A stretch of DNA of 63,779 nucleotides, filler included, from Octopus bimaculoides (lineage: Eukaryota): NCBI RefSeq assembly GCF_001194135.2. It is 7 parts of 6 records of this genome, joined end to end, with 100 filler letters (N's around TTAATTAATTAA, not from the genome) between each part and the next. Parts side by side here need not be neighbours in the genome. Positions count along the whole stretch, not along the records: positions 56,269 to 63,779 come from NC_069005.1; 6 more parts are not named here. One strand, 5' to 3'. A model generated the notes under the pieces. The model had not been told where the DNA came from, searched no databases, and worked only from the letters and a program-made list of their open reading frames with translations. Shown here piece by piece: positions 63,157-63,779 of this stretch (position 1 is the stretch's first letter; each line of letters begins with the position of its first letter). The position numbers and the translations under genes are program-made.

Positions 63157-63779
63157 CATACACACACACACATATACATACATACACACAAATATGCAAT
63201 GATTGTTCTTTTGTATTATGAGCATTTGTTAAAACACTTCACACATGTGCATTAAGAATAAACAGTTTACAGCAATATGTACCATGATGAGTCTTTAATT
63301 GCAAGGAGGTGGAGTTATTTCACTTCAAAAGGATATGTTCTCAATAATAACTCTATGTGTGTATGTGTGTGTGGTAACATGAGTGTGTATACACAGGTGT
63401 ATTCCTTTGTTTGAAGGCAAAACTTTACTTGGTTATTGTATGCAATGATACAGTAAAAGATTTAGCTCCAAAACAAATATATAAACAGCTCCATACATAA
63501 GGAGTGCACTTTTTCTCTCATTTGTACAGCTATACACACACAAAACTCATACACATATATAATATCAGTAACATTTACTCACACAAAAGTCTGCAATGTG
63601 GAAAACCTTAGCTTGAACTGAAGATTAAAGTGGGAACAAAAAAAGAGATATGATGATTAGCACTGCATTACAATCAGACATGTACACACCTGCGGACTTA
63701 CATATCTATGTGTAAATACAGGTATAAGAATTTAAATTTGTGCATGAATATAATGCATATATATATATATATATATATA

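Overview
AT-rich, microsatellite-dense eukaryotic genomic DNA. It is most likely an octopus, inferred from the SINE/RTE families, simple-repeat load and C2H2-ZNF style. The window is a draft assembly: six identical 100-bp linkers (44 N + TTAATTAATTAA + 44 N) split it into seven joined pieces, so adjacency across them is uncertain. Host genes: (1) the last four coding exons of acylglycerol kinase (AGK) on + (1458-8156), with mutually consistent splice phases; (2) a convergent 10-finger C2H2 zinc-finger gene on - (ATG 11998 to stop 9875) coded in one exon; (3) the isolated last coding exon of an NR4A (Nurr1/HR38) nuclear receptor on + (49422-49681); (4) a symmetric NRF1/ETS-motif promoter-like island at about 33.54-33.66 kb. 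The rest is transposon debris and tandem repeats: RTE and CR1-like LINE fragments, tRNA-headed SINEs, two mariners (one nearly intact, split by a 265-bp solo LTR), a Gypsy gag/protease relic, a foldback MITE, a roughly 105-bp two-variant satellite and a GC-rich 20-bp minisatellite. The most interesting signal is absent from the ORF track: Penelope-like element (PLE) remnants with GIY-YIG endonuclease traces carrying type I hammerhead ribozyme motifs of unrelated sequence. These are one near-canonical motif at 35838-35892, an inverted pair bracketing a mini-PLE at 17.26-18.15 kb, and three degenerate candidates. Almost all other ORFs in the track are artefacts of microsatellites and N runs.
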